Source: an uncultured Syntrophobacteraceae bacterium (GTDB lineage Bacteria > Desulfobacterota > Syntrophobacteria > Syntrophobacterales > Syntrophobacteraceae). From it: a DNA stretch of 64,000 bases. Each line of letters begins with the position of its first letter. The stretch's first letter is position 1. This document shows positions 18,914 to 27,991 of this stretch, piece by piece. A model generated the notes under the pieces. It had not been told where the DNA came from and made no database searches. It worked only from the letters and a program-made list of their open reading frames with translations. The translations under genes were made by a program, and so were the position numbers. The stretch covers positions 68,470 through 132,469 of the forward strand of contig CAZLCS010000010.1 of NCBI GenBank assembly GCA_964557955.1, given 5' to 3'.

Positions 18914-20038
18914 TCAGTACCTGAGGGTTGTGAAGTATTGCGGTCCTGTCCTGTCGTATCTCAAAATAATGATGTCCTTATTCCTGGGATTCCTGTCCTG
19001 ATCGAAACTGATGTATCCTGTTGCACCCTTGAAGTCGACGGTAGTCGCCAGTGCATCCCTTATTCTGGTTCGGTCGGCAGATCCGGCTCGCGTTATGGCG
19101 TCCGCCAGGAGCCTGAGGGCATCGTAAGCCAGGGGAGCACTCATGTTCGCGATGCGATCACCGAATTTGTTGGCGTGGATCTCCTGCAGATGAAGGCTCA
19201 TGGGGAAAGGGACGTTCGGATGCCAGGGCGCCGACTGATAGCTCCCTTCGAGGCTAGGCCCTGCGACGGCGTAGACCTCATCCCAGGCGTCTCCTCCGAG
19301 GAAGATCGTGTTGATTCCTTTGGAAACCGCCTGCTTGATCAACAGGCCGCTGTCGCGGGTATATCCCGGCAGATAGACGGCATCCGGACGGAGCGCTCTC
19401 AACTGTTCGATGATGTCGGAGAAATCCACTGCTTTGCCCCTGTAACCCATGTCCAGGGTGACCTCTCCACCGGCTTGAACCCATGCACTCCTGAAGTAAT
19501 CCGCTAGAGCCATGCAGTAAGTCTCGTCAAGGTTTCGCAGGACAGCGGCTCTACGGACCCCGAGCTTCTCATGGGCAAACCTGGCCATGGCAAATCCCTG
19601 GGATGAATCCACGAAGCATACCCTGAAGATAAAATCGCCCACCTGCGTCACCGCGGGATGGGTGGAAGCGGGGGTGATCATCGGGATGCCATGCTTCTGA
19701 AAAATGGGCGCAATGGCCAGCGAATGGGAGCTCCAGTGGGCTCCGATGACGGCTGCAACCCCAAGTTCACAGGCCTTTTCCGCAGCGAGGATTGAACCGA
19801 TGGCGGTGCTCTGGTTGTCGAGGAGCAGCAACTTCAGAGGCTTTCCAAGTATTCCTCCATTCTCATTGATCTCCGAAGCGGCGAGCTGAACCATGGAGAC
19901 AAGAGGGTCATTGTGGGATGACGCGATGCCGCTCATGGAAAATATGGCGGCCACTTTAATGGGGGTGGCAGCAGAGGCCGCACCGCTGCAAAAGAGCATT
20001 TGAATCAAAAAAGGGAGCAAGATACTGATCACATTCAT
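18914..20038 (-). CDS. LivK-like (Peripla_BP_6) substrate-binding protein, second paralog
   Basis: Signal peptide MNVISILLPFLIQMLFCSGAASAA. Contains IKVAAIFSMSG..EINENGGILGKPLKLLLLDN. An internal ATG was chosen as the start. Confidence 0.82.
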   Translation of the reverse strand: MNVISILLPFLIQMLFCSGAASAATPIKVAAIFSMSGIASSHNDPLVSMVQLAASEINENGGILGKPLKLLLLDNQSTAIGSILAAEKACELGVAAVIGAHWSSHSLAIAPIFQKHGIPMITPASTHPAVTQVGDFIFRVCFVDSSQGFAMARFAHEKLGVRRAAVLRNLDETYCMALADYFRSAWVQAGGEVTLDMGYRGKAVDFSDIIEQLRALRPDAVYLPGYTRDSGLLIKQAVSKGINTIFLGGDAWDEVYAVAGPSLEGSYQSAPWHPNVPFPMSLHLQEIHANKFGDRIANMSAPLAYDALRLLADAITRAGSADRTRIRDALATTVDFKGATGYISFDQDRNPRNKDIIILRYDRTGPQYFTTLRY

Positions 20039-20311
20039 AATCTGCAGCTCTGCTGGCTCGCATTGTGAGGGCGAATGGGTAACCGACAGATCCAGCGACT
20101 TCATTATGCTCGAAGCTGGAAGAAAAAGTCCGTATTCAGCTGATCTTGGCATGCTTTTGGTCTGTGTTCTCGGTATTGATCGGCAACTGCAGGAGATGAC
20201 ACCAGAAGTATTGACCGGAAGGGAGCATCTGTCGCAAGTTTTCTGGAAGATTGCGGGGATCGAGCCCGGACTGGAGCTGACGGAACGTTTGGATGTCGTG
20301 AAGGATCCGCA

Positions 20312-21745
20312 TCATGTGGGATCTTCTTCTGAGTCACTCTTTCTGAAGGCTTTCGAGTCCAGCTTGTTGTCGCGCATCAAGCGATGCAGATACTGCCGCT
20401 TCACTCCGGATTCCCTGGCAGCCTGAGACACATTGCCCGAATGCCTGGCCAGGACCTTGGTCAGGTATTGGGTCTCGAACTCTTCGATGAGGCGGTCCTT
20501 GGCTTCCTTGAAGGGAAGCTGAAAAATCTCTTCCCCGGTTTCAAAAGGAGTTGCGCCTGAGAGCACCCGGGCTTCAGGGGCCATGGTCAGGATGTCCGAA
20601 AGCTGGAGCTCTTCCCCTGCAGCCATGATGACGCCTCTCTCGATGGTGTTTTCGAGCTGGCGCACATTGCCCGGCCATTCCTGGTTCATGAGATGATCCA
20701 TGACCTGGCCCGAAAACCTTGTAACCTTCTTGCCATGCAGCAGACAGTATTTCTGAAGAAAATGCTGGCAGAGCAGGGGAATATCCTCTGTTCGCTCCCT
20801 GAGGGGCGTCAAGTGGATGTTGAAGACATTCAGGCGGTAGAAGAGGTCCTCCCGGAACTCCCCCTTTCGGATTTTCTCAGGGAGATTTTGATTAGTAGCG
20901 CCAATAAAGCGAATATCCACCTTGCGAATGGCGTTGGCCCCCACCGCTTTGTACTCCCCCTCCTGCAGAAGCCGAAGCAGCTTGACCTGCATGGGGAGGC
21001 TCAGGTCCCCCGTTTCATCCAGGAAGAGCGTGCCCTGATTCGCCTCCTCCACCAGCCCCTTTTTGTCGCGCAGAGCGCCGGTGAATGAGCCCCGCAGGTG
21101 GCCGAACAACTCGCTTTCGATCATGGGCTCGGGAATCGTGCTGCAGTTGATGGGGATGAAGGGTTTGTCCTTTCGGGGGCTGTGCGAATGGATGGCCCTG
21201 GCCACCAATTCCTTTCCAGTGCCGCTCTCCCCCGTGATGAGCACCGTGGCCGATGTTTTGGCCACGCGGTCGATCTGCTGATGGAGGCCCTTCATGGCAG
21301 GGCTGCTGCCGATCAAAGTCGGGAAGCGTGACTTCCCTTCGAGTTTTTCCCTCAGAACCAAATTCTCCTGCTGGAGCTTTCGCCACTTCATGGCCTGCTC
21401 CACCACCTGCAGGATTCTTTCTTTCCGAAAAGGCTTGGTGATATAATCAAAGGCTCCTTTGCGCGTGGCTTCGATGGCCGACTCGATGGTTCCGTAGGCG
21501 GTCATGAGCACCACGGCAATGGTTTCGTCGTGAGCCTTGACTTCCTCGAGGATTTGGATCCCGTCACGCCGGGGCATTTTGAGATCCGTCAGCACGATGT
21601 CAAAGGTTGCACTCCGCAGCAGTTCCTGGACCGTTGCGGGATTGTCCGTGGTCGTGATTTCGCAAAATGTCCTGTCGGAAAGGATTCGCTGAAGGAGCAG
21701 CAGCATATCCGCTTCGTCATCGATGATCAGGATGCGGGAGGCCAT
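20312..21745 (-). CDS. Sigma-54-dependent response regulator (REC-AAA+-Fis HTH, NtrC family)
   Basis: GESGTGKE Walker A, ESELFGHLRGSFTGA (GAFTGA-type loop), WPGNVRQLEN, and a C-terminal HTH (SGNVSQAARESGVKRQYLHRLM). Confidence 0.93.
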   Translation of the reverse strand: MASRILIIDDEADMLLLLQRILSDRTFCEITTTDNPATVQELLRSATFDIVLTDLKMPRRDGIQILEEVKAHDETIAVVLMTAYGTIESAIEATRKGAFDYITKPFRKERILQVVEQAMKWRKLQQENLVLREKLEGKSRFPTLIGSSPAMKGLHQQIDRVAKTSATVLITGESGTGKELVARAIHSHSPRKDKPFIPINCSTIPEPMIESELFGHLRGSFTGALRDKKGLVEEANQGTLFLDETGDLSLPMQVKLLRLLQEGEYKAVGANAIRKVDIRFIGATNQNLPEKIRKGEFREDLFYRLNVFNIHLTPLRERTEDIPLLCQHFLQKYCLLHGKKVTRFSGQVMDHLMNQEWPGNVRQLENTIERGVIMAAGEELQLSDILTMAPEARVLSGATPFETGEEIFQLPFKEAKDRLIEEFETQYLTKVLARHSGNVSQAARESGVKRQYLHRLMRDNKLDSKAFRKSDSEEDPT

Positions 21746-21893
21746 GGTTTCGAAACATTCTCCTCAATGGCTGTCAGGTTGTTCACTATGCTGGTTCTCA
21801 TTGTGACCTCGATGAAACGGGGAGTCAACGACTATGTCACATGAAAGTTTCACCCCTGGGATTTACCTGGAACGATAGTGAGGAGCCTGACTC

Positions 21894-24179
21894 ATGGAGG
21901 CCGTGGGAGAGCGCATCAAGCTTCATAAGATGCTCAAGATCGTCGGGGGCGTCATGGCGATTCTCGTGCTGGGGGCACTGGCGCTGGGTGTGTCGACATC
22001 CCGGTACATGAAAGGTGTGATCCGAGACCAGTTCAACGAGCAGCAGCTCGCGCTGGCCCGGGCCACCGCCAACCGCATCGAGACGACCATTCAGAATGCC
22101 ATCGTGGACCTGATTCTGTTGAATTCCATCCCGGCCATTCAATACTGCGACCCCGGCAGCTACGAGGTGCTTCTCCTTTCGACCCTGCCGCTGCTGAATC
22201 GCGACCACATCATCGAAATCCGCCGGGTGGACCGGGAAGGAAAGACACTGCTCGTGGCGAACGAGCAGGGAGTCGGGATGCGGCATTTCGGTCTCGATAC
22301 CCAGGACGCAGCCGCCTATCTCTCCTGGGCGAGCGACAGGAGCAATCGGGGAAAGACCATGGGGACGGGAATCCGATCCAAGGATCCTTCCAAGGAGCGC
22401 CGGACCATCCTCCTCGACCTTATCACGCCTACCTATGAAGATGCGTCGGATGCCGCCCGCCCGCATCCCAGCCACCGTTTCGCCGGCTATCTCCGGGCCA
22501 CGCTGGACGTGAGCAAGCTCCTGCAGGAGATCATCCCCGCCATCAAGTCGGGGAAGACCGGCTACGCCTGGGTGCTGGATTCTTCCGGATCGTTTCTCTA
22601 TCACCCCGAAGCGGCTTTTGTTGGAGAGAATGCCTTCGAAGTCCGCAGCAACCGGAACCCCCAGCTCTCCTTTGCCAAAATCAACGATATCCAGCGGAAC
22701 GAGATGCTCAAGGGTCTGGAGGGGAGCGGGACTTACATTTCCGGCTGGCATCGGGACCTGGTGGAGCCCATGGAGAAGCTGCTCGCCTTCAGTCCCGTGA
22801 CCATCCGCGGGCCTTATTTGGACTATACCTGGTCGGTCGCCGTGGCGGCCCCCGCCCATGAGATCGAAGGCATCGTGAACACGGTTTACATGAGACAGAT
22901 CGCTCTTCAGAGCGTCATCGTGTTCGTCATTCTCGTGGGGAGCATCATCGTCCTCATCTATGAGCTTCGCTGGTCCACGATTCTCGAGCACGAGGTGGAG
23001 AGCAAGACCAGGGACATTCAGCGGTACTCGAAAGACCTGGAGCGATCGGAGTCCCAATACCGCTCGCTGGTGGAGAGTGCAGAGGATTTGATCTTCACCG
23101 TAGATGCGCAGGGGATCATCCGGACGGCCAACCGTCACATGGCCAGGTTCTTCGGGATCAGGGCGGCCGATCTTCCCGGCCGAAGCCTGGTTGATCTTCT
23201 GTCGGCCGAGCAGGCTGAAGAACAGATGGCCCTGGTCCAAAGAACCCTGGGGGAGCACAAAGGTCTGCGGGCCGAATCCTCGCTGCACGTGGGGGACCAG
23301 GATGTCTGGCTGAACATCCAGTACATCCCGGTCGACGGGGGGGGGGGCGCAGAGGGGGAACTCGCCCTCGGGATCGCCCGCGACATTACGGATCGAAAGA
23401 GCCTCGAGCGGCAGCTCATCAACACGGAAAAACTGGCATCCCTGGGGACGCTTGCAGCTGGTGTGGCCCATGAGATCAACAATCCCCTGGGCATCATGCT
23501 GGGTTTTTGCGAACTCCTCCTCGAAAAATCCGAGCCGGGAACCATGGAGCACAGCGACCTCAAGATCATCGAGCGTCACGGCCTCCACTGCAAAAGCATC
23601 GTCGAACGACTGCTCAGCTTCGCCCGCATCAGCGAGGAGGCCGAGGAGCTCTGCGATCTCAACACCAATGTGGAATCCATCCTGTCCGTCGTGAAGCACA
23701 CCCTGGAGATGAACAACATTCAACTGGCTACATCGCTCACGCAGGGGCTGCCCATGGTGCGGGGCGATTCGCGCGGCATCCAGCAGGTGCTCCTCAACCT
23801 GATCAGCAATGCCATCCACGCCATGGACGGCCAGGGCACGCTGACGGTTGTCACGAGACCGGGCAAGAAGCCGGGGTGGGTTGAAGTGGTCGTCTCCGAC
23901 ACGGGCTGCGGAATCGGGAAAGATGTCATGCAGAAGATCTTCGACCCGTTTTTCACGACCAAAAAGGTGGGGGACGGCACCGGCCTCGGGCTTTCGGTCA
24001 GCTACGGCATCATCTCCAATTACGGTGGGAGTATCGACTGTGAGAGTCAGACCGAAGAGGACGCCCCCGGACAGTCCGGCACGGCCTTCACCATCACGCT
24101 GCCTTCCAAGGCAGAGGAGGAAGTGGAACGCGAGCAGGCCGCCGGCCTGCCTGCACAAGAGGACGGCCTCGATCCTTAG
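21894..24179 (+). CDS. Sensor histidine kinase with a large dCache-like periplasmic domain, PAS, HisKA and HATPase_c
   Basis: H-box [12 protein letters not shown] and G-box DTGCGI..GTGLGLSVS. Two TM segments flank a periplasmic domain of about 300 aa. The TAG stop abuts MITE copy B. Confidence 0.9.
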   Translation: MEAVGERIKLHKMLKIVGGVMAILVLGALALGVSTSRYMKGVIRDQFNEQQLALARATANRIETTIQNAIVDLILLNSIPAIQYCDPGSYEVLLLSTLPLLNRDHIIEIRRVDREGKTLLVANEQGVGMRHFGLDTQDAAAYLSWASDRSNRGKTMGTGIRSKDPSKERRTILLDLITPTYEDASDAARPHPSHRFAGYLRATLDVSKLLQEIIPAIKSGKTGYAWVLDSSGSFLYHPEAAFVGENAFEVRSNRNPQLSFAKINDIQRNEMLKGLEGSGTYISGWHRDLVEPMEKLLAFSPVTIRGPYLDYTWSVAVAAPAHEIEGIVNTVYMRQIALQSVIVFVILVGSIIVLIYELRWSTILEHEVESKTRDIQRYSKDLERSESQYRSLVESAEDLIFTVDAQGIIRTANRHMARFFGIRAADLPGRSLVDLLSAEQAEEQMALVQRTLGEHKGLRAESSLHVGDQDVWLNIQYIPVDGGGGAEGELALGIARDITDRKSLERQLINTEKLASLGTLAAGVAHEINNPLGIMLGFCELLLEKSEPGTMEHSDLKIIERHGLHCKSIVERLLSFARISEEAEELCDLNTNVESILSVVKHTLEMNNIQLATSLTQGLPMVRGDSRGIQQVLLNLISNAIHAMDGQGTLTVVTRPGKKPGWVEVVVSDTGCGIGKDVMQKIFDPFFTTKKVGDGTGLGLSVSYGIISNYGGSIDCESQTEEDAPGQSGTAFTITLPSKAEEEVEREQAAGLPAQEDGLDP
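23337..23347 (+). repeat. G11 homopolymer inside the dCache kinase coding sequence (encodes GGGG)
   Basis: gac GGG GGG GGG GGc, read directly across the line break at 23340/23341. Confidence 0.9.
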
Positions 24180-24326
24180 TGCACCTCCACACAGTTGAGT
24201 GCCCAATGCTTGGGTCGTCATTCCGGCAGTTTTCAAGCCGGAATCCACAAGAGAAACCTGGATGCCGGCCAAAAGACTGCCGGCATGACGACTTGAAAAT
24301 GGACATGTTGTTCTGTGTAACTGTAC
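24179..24326. mobile_element. MITE-like palindromic element, copy B (148 bp)
   Basis: GTGCACCTCCACA...CTGTAC flanked by a perfect TTA duplication (C-TTA|element|TTA-G). Confidence 0.75.
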
Positions 24327-24638
24327 TTAGTACGAAAACGAGATTTTCTGTCAGTACGCAGGCTTGCAGTGGTTGCCTCTCCCCCGGGGAGAGGGAGTCC
24401 GGAAATCTCGTTATGGTATCGGGAACAGCTCGAAGCGGGGCGAGTGGTCTCCAGCTTCGAAGAGAATCTTCAGCCCGGAGCGGCGTTTTCCTGTCCTGCC
24501 TGCCCGACTCGCCTTTCTGGCACACTCCTTGATAAATGACGGAATCGAGCATTCCTTTCCCGGTGCTGCCGTGAGAAGAGCTCTCTCGTGCAGAATGCGA
24601 TCTCTGTGCTTCCCGTGGAATGAAGAAGACCGACGACG

Positions 24639-25034
24639 ATGGACCCAGGCAGCCGCAAAAACATCCTGATTTTCGACTCTGAGCGGGACACCAGCGAGCT
24701 CTTTGCGCGGGCCCTGGAATCGCGGCGCAACTGCAGGTGCTACCTGGCCTATTCAGTGGAGGAGGCCCTGGACCTGCTGCGAGGGATCCCGTTTGCCCTC
24801 ATGATTGTGGATTTGAAGTCGGCGATGGCGGATGATTTCCACCTTCTGAAGCAGATTCGTAGAACGTCCCCCGAGACGATCATCATCGTGGACGGCTATC
24901 TGCATCAAAAAGAGCACATCCACAAGGCCCTCAGCCTGGGTGCCCGGGGGCACATCATCAAGCCCATCAAGCTCGACGCCTTCCGCAAGCAAATCGAGGA
25001 ATACGCCCTCGATGCAACGTCTTCTGTCGTGTGA
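24639..25034 (+). CDS. Single-domain response regulator (receiver only)
   Basis: ILIFDSERD, MIVDLK and IIKPIK receiver landmarks. 131 aa. Confidence 0.8.
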   Translation: MDPGSRKNILIFDSERDTSELFARALESRRNCRCYLAYSVEEALDLLRGIPFALMIVDLKSAMADDFHLLKQIRRTSPETIIIVDGYLHQKEHIHKALSLGARGHIIKPIKLDAFRKQIEEYALDATSSVV

Positions 25035-25046
25035 CGCTGTCCCCTG

Positions 25047-25082
25047 CAGGTGACACATCTGTCACCTGAGGGTTTCACCTGA
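25047..25082 (+). promoter_or_regulatory. Candidate enhancer (UAS): palindrome CAGGTGACA-catc-TGTCACCTG plus a third TCACCTGA half-site 13 bp downstream
   Basis: Read directly. It is centred about 110-125 bp upstream of the -24 element at 25175, which is a typical EBP distance. Confidence 0.35.
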
Positions 25083-25174
25083 TCCCCTGCGAGCGGCTCC
25101 CTTCTCGAATTTCTCAACCCCCTGGACATAACAGGGAAGCCATTCCACAGCATTGTTCCGAAGATTGTGACTCG

Positions 25175-25189
25175 TGGCACACGCATTGC
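25175..25189 (+). promoter_or_regulatory. Sigma-54 (-24/-12) promoter TGGCAC-acgca-TTGC
   Basis: Exact match to TGGCAC-N5-TTGC, 88 nt upstream of the usp ATG. 15 of 16 positions are identical to the element at 42253. Confidence 0.65.
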
Positions 25190-25276
25190 TCAAATGGGTG
25201 AGCAGTCTGCAACTCGGTGGCAAAGGGCGTCCGTGGATGCCGAAAATGGATGAACTGAAGGGGAAGGAGGCTTCTG

Positions 25277-25696
25277 ATGGCTTTGAATGTACTCGTGGCG
25301 ACGGATGGTTCGGAACACGCAATGAAAGGCGTTCGCAGGGCACTGGAACTGGCGGAAAAGGAAGGCGCCAACGTGACGATCATGTCGGTGGCTTTCTATG
25401 CGAAGGATGATTTCGACGAGATGCCCCCCAACATCCAGGACAAGCTGGAGTCGCAGGCCGTGGCTGCCCTGAAGAAGGCCAAGGCGGTGTTTGACGAAAA
25501 GGGGATCGCCGTCGGCACGTTGATGGAAGCCGGCATGGTGCCTGCCAACAACATCGTGCGCCGGGCGGAAGAAGGGAAATTCGACCTGATCGTGCTGGGC
25601 AGCACGGGCGCCAGCGGGCTCATGCGGGTGCTCATCGGCAGCACGGCGGCCAAGGTGGTCGCTCAGGCCCCCTGTTCGGTCACGGTGGTGAGGTGA
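25277..25696 (+). CDS. Universal stress protein (UspA family)
   Basis: VLVATDGSEHA...DLIVLGSTGASGL..LIGSTAAKVVAQAPCSVTVV. GGAGG RBS. Confidence 0.88.
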   Translation: MALNVLVATDGSEHAMKGVRRALELAEKEGANVTIMSVAFYAKDDFDEMPPNIQDKLESQAVAALKKAKAVFDEKGIAVGTLMEAGMVPANNIVRRAEEGKFDLIVLGSTGASGLMRVLIGSTAAKVVAQAPCSVTVVR

Positions 25697-25837
25697 AGCC
25701 CTGCGGCGCTCCGGGAGCTTGGGAGGGACCGGCCCTGAGCTTGTCTTTCGAGTGAGAGAAGTGACGAAGCAAGGATCAATTCTGGTGGTTCTGGTTGAAG
25801 AGGCAATCATTGATGGTTTTCAAGGGAGGTTGGAATC

Positions 25838-26137
25838 ATGAGTCGTATCTGGACAGTTCTCAGCGGTTGGGTATTTCTGGTGACGGTGGTCCTTCCCGCA
25901 AAGGTTCTGGCGGCCGGCGGCGGTGAAGTGGCGCCCATGGTGATCGTGGCCGACACGCGCAAGCTCGAGGGCCTGATGAAATGGTGGGCGGATCTTTACA
26001 ATCACAGCTACGTTGGGTTCACGGCGCTCACCGTGGTGCTGATTCCCATCATCGGCGTCCTCATGGGTCTCGTTGCGGACCTCGTCATGACTCATATCGG
26101 CATCGACCTGAAATCCAGAGAGCTGGCCGAGCACTGA
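25838..26137 (+). CDS. Small secreted/membrane protein (signal peptide plus one TM), function unknown
   Basis: 99 aa. Signal-like N-terminus WVFLVTVVLPAKVLAAGG and TM FTALTVVLIPIIGVLMGLVADLV. Sits directly upstream of the TauE-like gene. Confidence 0.6.
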   Translation: MSRIWTVLSGWVFLVTVVLPAKVLAAGGGEVAPMVIVADTRKLEGLMKWWADLYNHSYVGFTALTVVLIPIIGVLMGLVADLVMTHIGIDLKSRELAEH

Positions 26138-26201
26138 TGGACGGACGCTTTACCAGGCAATGGATCGAAGATCGAAGCATACTCTCCAAGGAGGATGAAT
26201 C

Positions 26202-27272
26202 ATGGATTGGCTCTATATATTGATGCCCATTGCGGGCGTGAAAATCTTCTGGCCCGGTCTGATCGTTCTGGGAGTCGGCGTTGGAGTCATCGGCGGCTTC
26301 TTTGGAATGGGTGGCGCATGGATGGTGACGCCCGGCCTCAACATCCTGGGTTTTCCCATGGCTTTCGCCATTGGGACCGATATTGCCCACATGGCGGGCA
26401 AGTCCCTGATTTCCACCATGAGGCACGGCAAATTCGGTAATGTCGACTACAAGCTGGGTGTCATCATGATCATCGGGACCGTCGCCGGCTTCGAGGTGGG
26501 CGCCCAGATGATCATGTGGCTCGAGCGCCTGGGCAATGTCGAGAAGGTCGTGCGCTACATGTACCTGGTCCTGCTGTTCCTCATCGCCTGGATGGTTTTT
26601 GCCGACGTGGCCAAGCGGAGAAGGAAGGAGCGGGAGGCGCTGGCGGCCGGCGGCGAAGTGGATAAGCTGGCCACGGGCCTCGAATGGCACAAGACCTTTC
26701 ATAAGATCAAGATCCCCCCCATGGTACACCTGCATGCCGCCGGGATCTACTGCTCGGCGTGGCTCCCCATCCTCGTCAGCTTCGCCACGGGCTGGCTGGC
26801 CGGCATCCTTGGCATCGGCGGCGGTCTGATCCGCATGCCCGCCCTCATCTACATCATGGGCTGCCCCACCCACGTGGCCGTCGGGACCGACCTGTTCGAG
26901 GTCATGATCTCCGGTCTCTACGGTGCGGCCACCTATACCTATAAGGGCCGTACCGAGCTGGTGGCCGCCATCATCATGCTGATCGGCGCTTCGGTGGGCG
27001 CCCAGGTCGGAACCGTGGCCACCAAGTACATCAAGGGCTACGGCATCCGCATCGCTTTCGGCTGCGCCGTCGTCGGCTGCGCCATCTCCATCGTGCTCAA
27101 GCTCATGCCTTCGTTCATGCCCCAGTACAAGGCGGCTTTCGACAACACGGCCACCTTCTTCGTCCTCGCCGTCGTGGCGACTCTTTCCACCTACATCACC
27201 GTGAAGATGGTCCAGGGCGCCAAGGCGGAAGTGGCGGGCAAGAAGCGGGCCGCTACGGCCCGGGCCGCCTGA
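26202..27272 (+). CDS. TauE/SafE-family anion (sulfite/sulfonate-type) permease, long form with a charged central loop
   Basis: The GxGGG repeat typical of the family occurs twice (VIGGFFGMGGAWMVTP and LAGILGIGGGLIRMPAL). About 8 TM segments. Confidence 0.8.
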   Translation: MDWLYILMPIAGVKIFWPGLIVLGVGVGVIGGFFGMGGAWMVTPGLNILGFPMAFAIGTDIAHMAGKSLISTMRHGKFGNVDYKLGVIMIIGTVAGFEVGAQMIMWLERLGNVEKVVRYMYLVLLFLIAWMVFADVAKRRRKEREALAAGGEVDKLATGLEWHKTFHKIKIPPMVHLHAAGIYCSAWLPILVSFATGWLAGILGIGGGLIRMPALIYIMGCPTHVAVGTDLFEVMISGLYGAATYTYKGRTELVAAIIMLIGASVGAQVGTVATKYIKGYGIRIAFGCAVVGCAISIVLKLMPSFMPQYKAAFDNTATFFVLAVVATLSTYITVKMVQGAKAEVAGKKRAATARAA

Positions 27273-27320
27273 GGCGGAGCGCAGCGCACTAACCCCAATC
27301 CGATGAAGAGGGAGCTGAAC

Positions 27321-27935
27321 ATGAGAAAAGTGAGAAATATGACCATGGCCATCCTGCTCGTTCTGCCGATGGCGCTGGTGGTGGGCTGTTATGATTACGG
27401 AAGGGTGGACCAGGGCCGGGTGATCGAGCTCGACAGGGACAAGCGGATGGTGACCTTGATTCACGATGTCAAGGATGATCCCCTGAATCCGGAGTATTCG
27501 GACCTTCCGCCCCACACCTATTCGCTGCCGACGGACCCCCATGAAATGGGTCCCGAGCCCAAGGCGGGCCATCGTATGAAGCTCGACACCAAGAACAAAC
27601 AGATCGTCATCTGGGACGCCGCAGCCAAGGACCTGAAAACGATCAACTACACCCTCATTGATCAGAAAGAGGGCGTGCGAAGCGACGACCCGCTGGTCTA
27701 TGACAGCGCGACCAGGCAGGCCAGGAAGTTCCCTGCCGTCGACCGCGACAAGAAGACCATCACCATCTACTCGGGCCGTCAGAAGATCCTGACCACCTTC
27801 TCGCTGCCGGATGAATACTTCTCTCTCCCCGACACCACCTGGGAGGCCGGCGACGAAGTGAGGATCTACTACCTGGAGCCCGGGAAGGCCCACAGGTTCA
27901 TGAACATCTCAAAGACGGACATTTTCAAGAAATAG
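27321..27935 (+). CDS. Lipoprotein of unknown function (resembles what I recall as DUF4881; unverified)
   Basis: Lipobox LVVGC. A GGGAG RBS lies 6 nt before the ATG at 27321. No catalytic motif recognised. Confidence 0.65.
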   Translation: MRKVRNMTMAILLVLPMALVVGCYDYGRVDQGRVIELDRDKRMVTLIHDVKDDPLNPEYSDLPPHTYSLPTDPHEMGPEPKAGHRMKLDTKNKQIVIWDAAAKDLKTINYTLIDQKEGVRSDDPLVYDSATRQARKFPAVDRDKKTITIYSGRQKILTTFSLPDEYFSLPDTTWEAGDEVRIYYLEPGKAHRFMNISKTDIFKK

Positions 27936-27991
27936 CGGGCATCTTTTCCGGAAAGGGACCTTCTCCAAATCGGGGGAGGCCTTTTCCGGAC

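Noticed and set aside
21837-24272. 811-aa ORF on the minus strand opposite the dCache histidine kinase.
   Set aside because: It is an antisense shadow ORF typical of GC-rich DNA. Its composition is extremely rich in R/G/P/H/D/L and it has no motifs, while the plus-strand ORF has clear HisKA/HATPase motifs. Its N-terminus is translated from MITE copy B.
24514-24530. Possible sigma-54 promoter TGGCACactccTTGA upstream of the lone receiver gene, and CGGCATggtagTTGA at 29730-29745 upstream of the J-domain gene.
   Set aside because: Both lack the conserved -12 GC dinucleotide (GA instead), and the second also deviates at -24. They are too weak to call without data.
26085-27893. 602-aa minus-strand ORF across the TauE-like and lipoprotein genes.
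   Set aside because: It is a shadow ORF. The plus-strand genes have TM, lipobox and RBS features, whereas this ORF is H/G/D/R-rich with no TM or domain logic.
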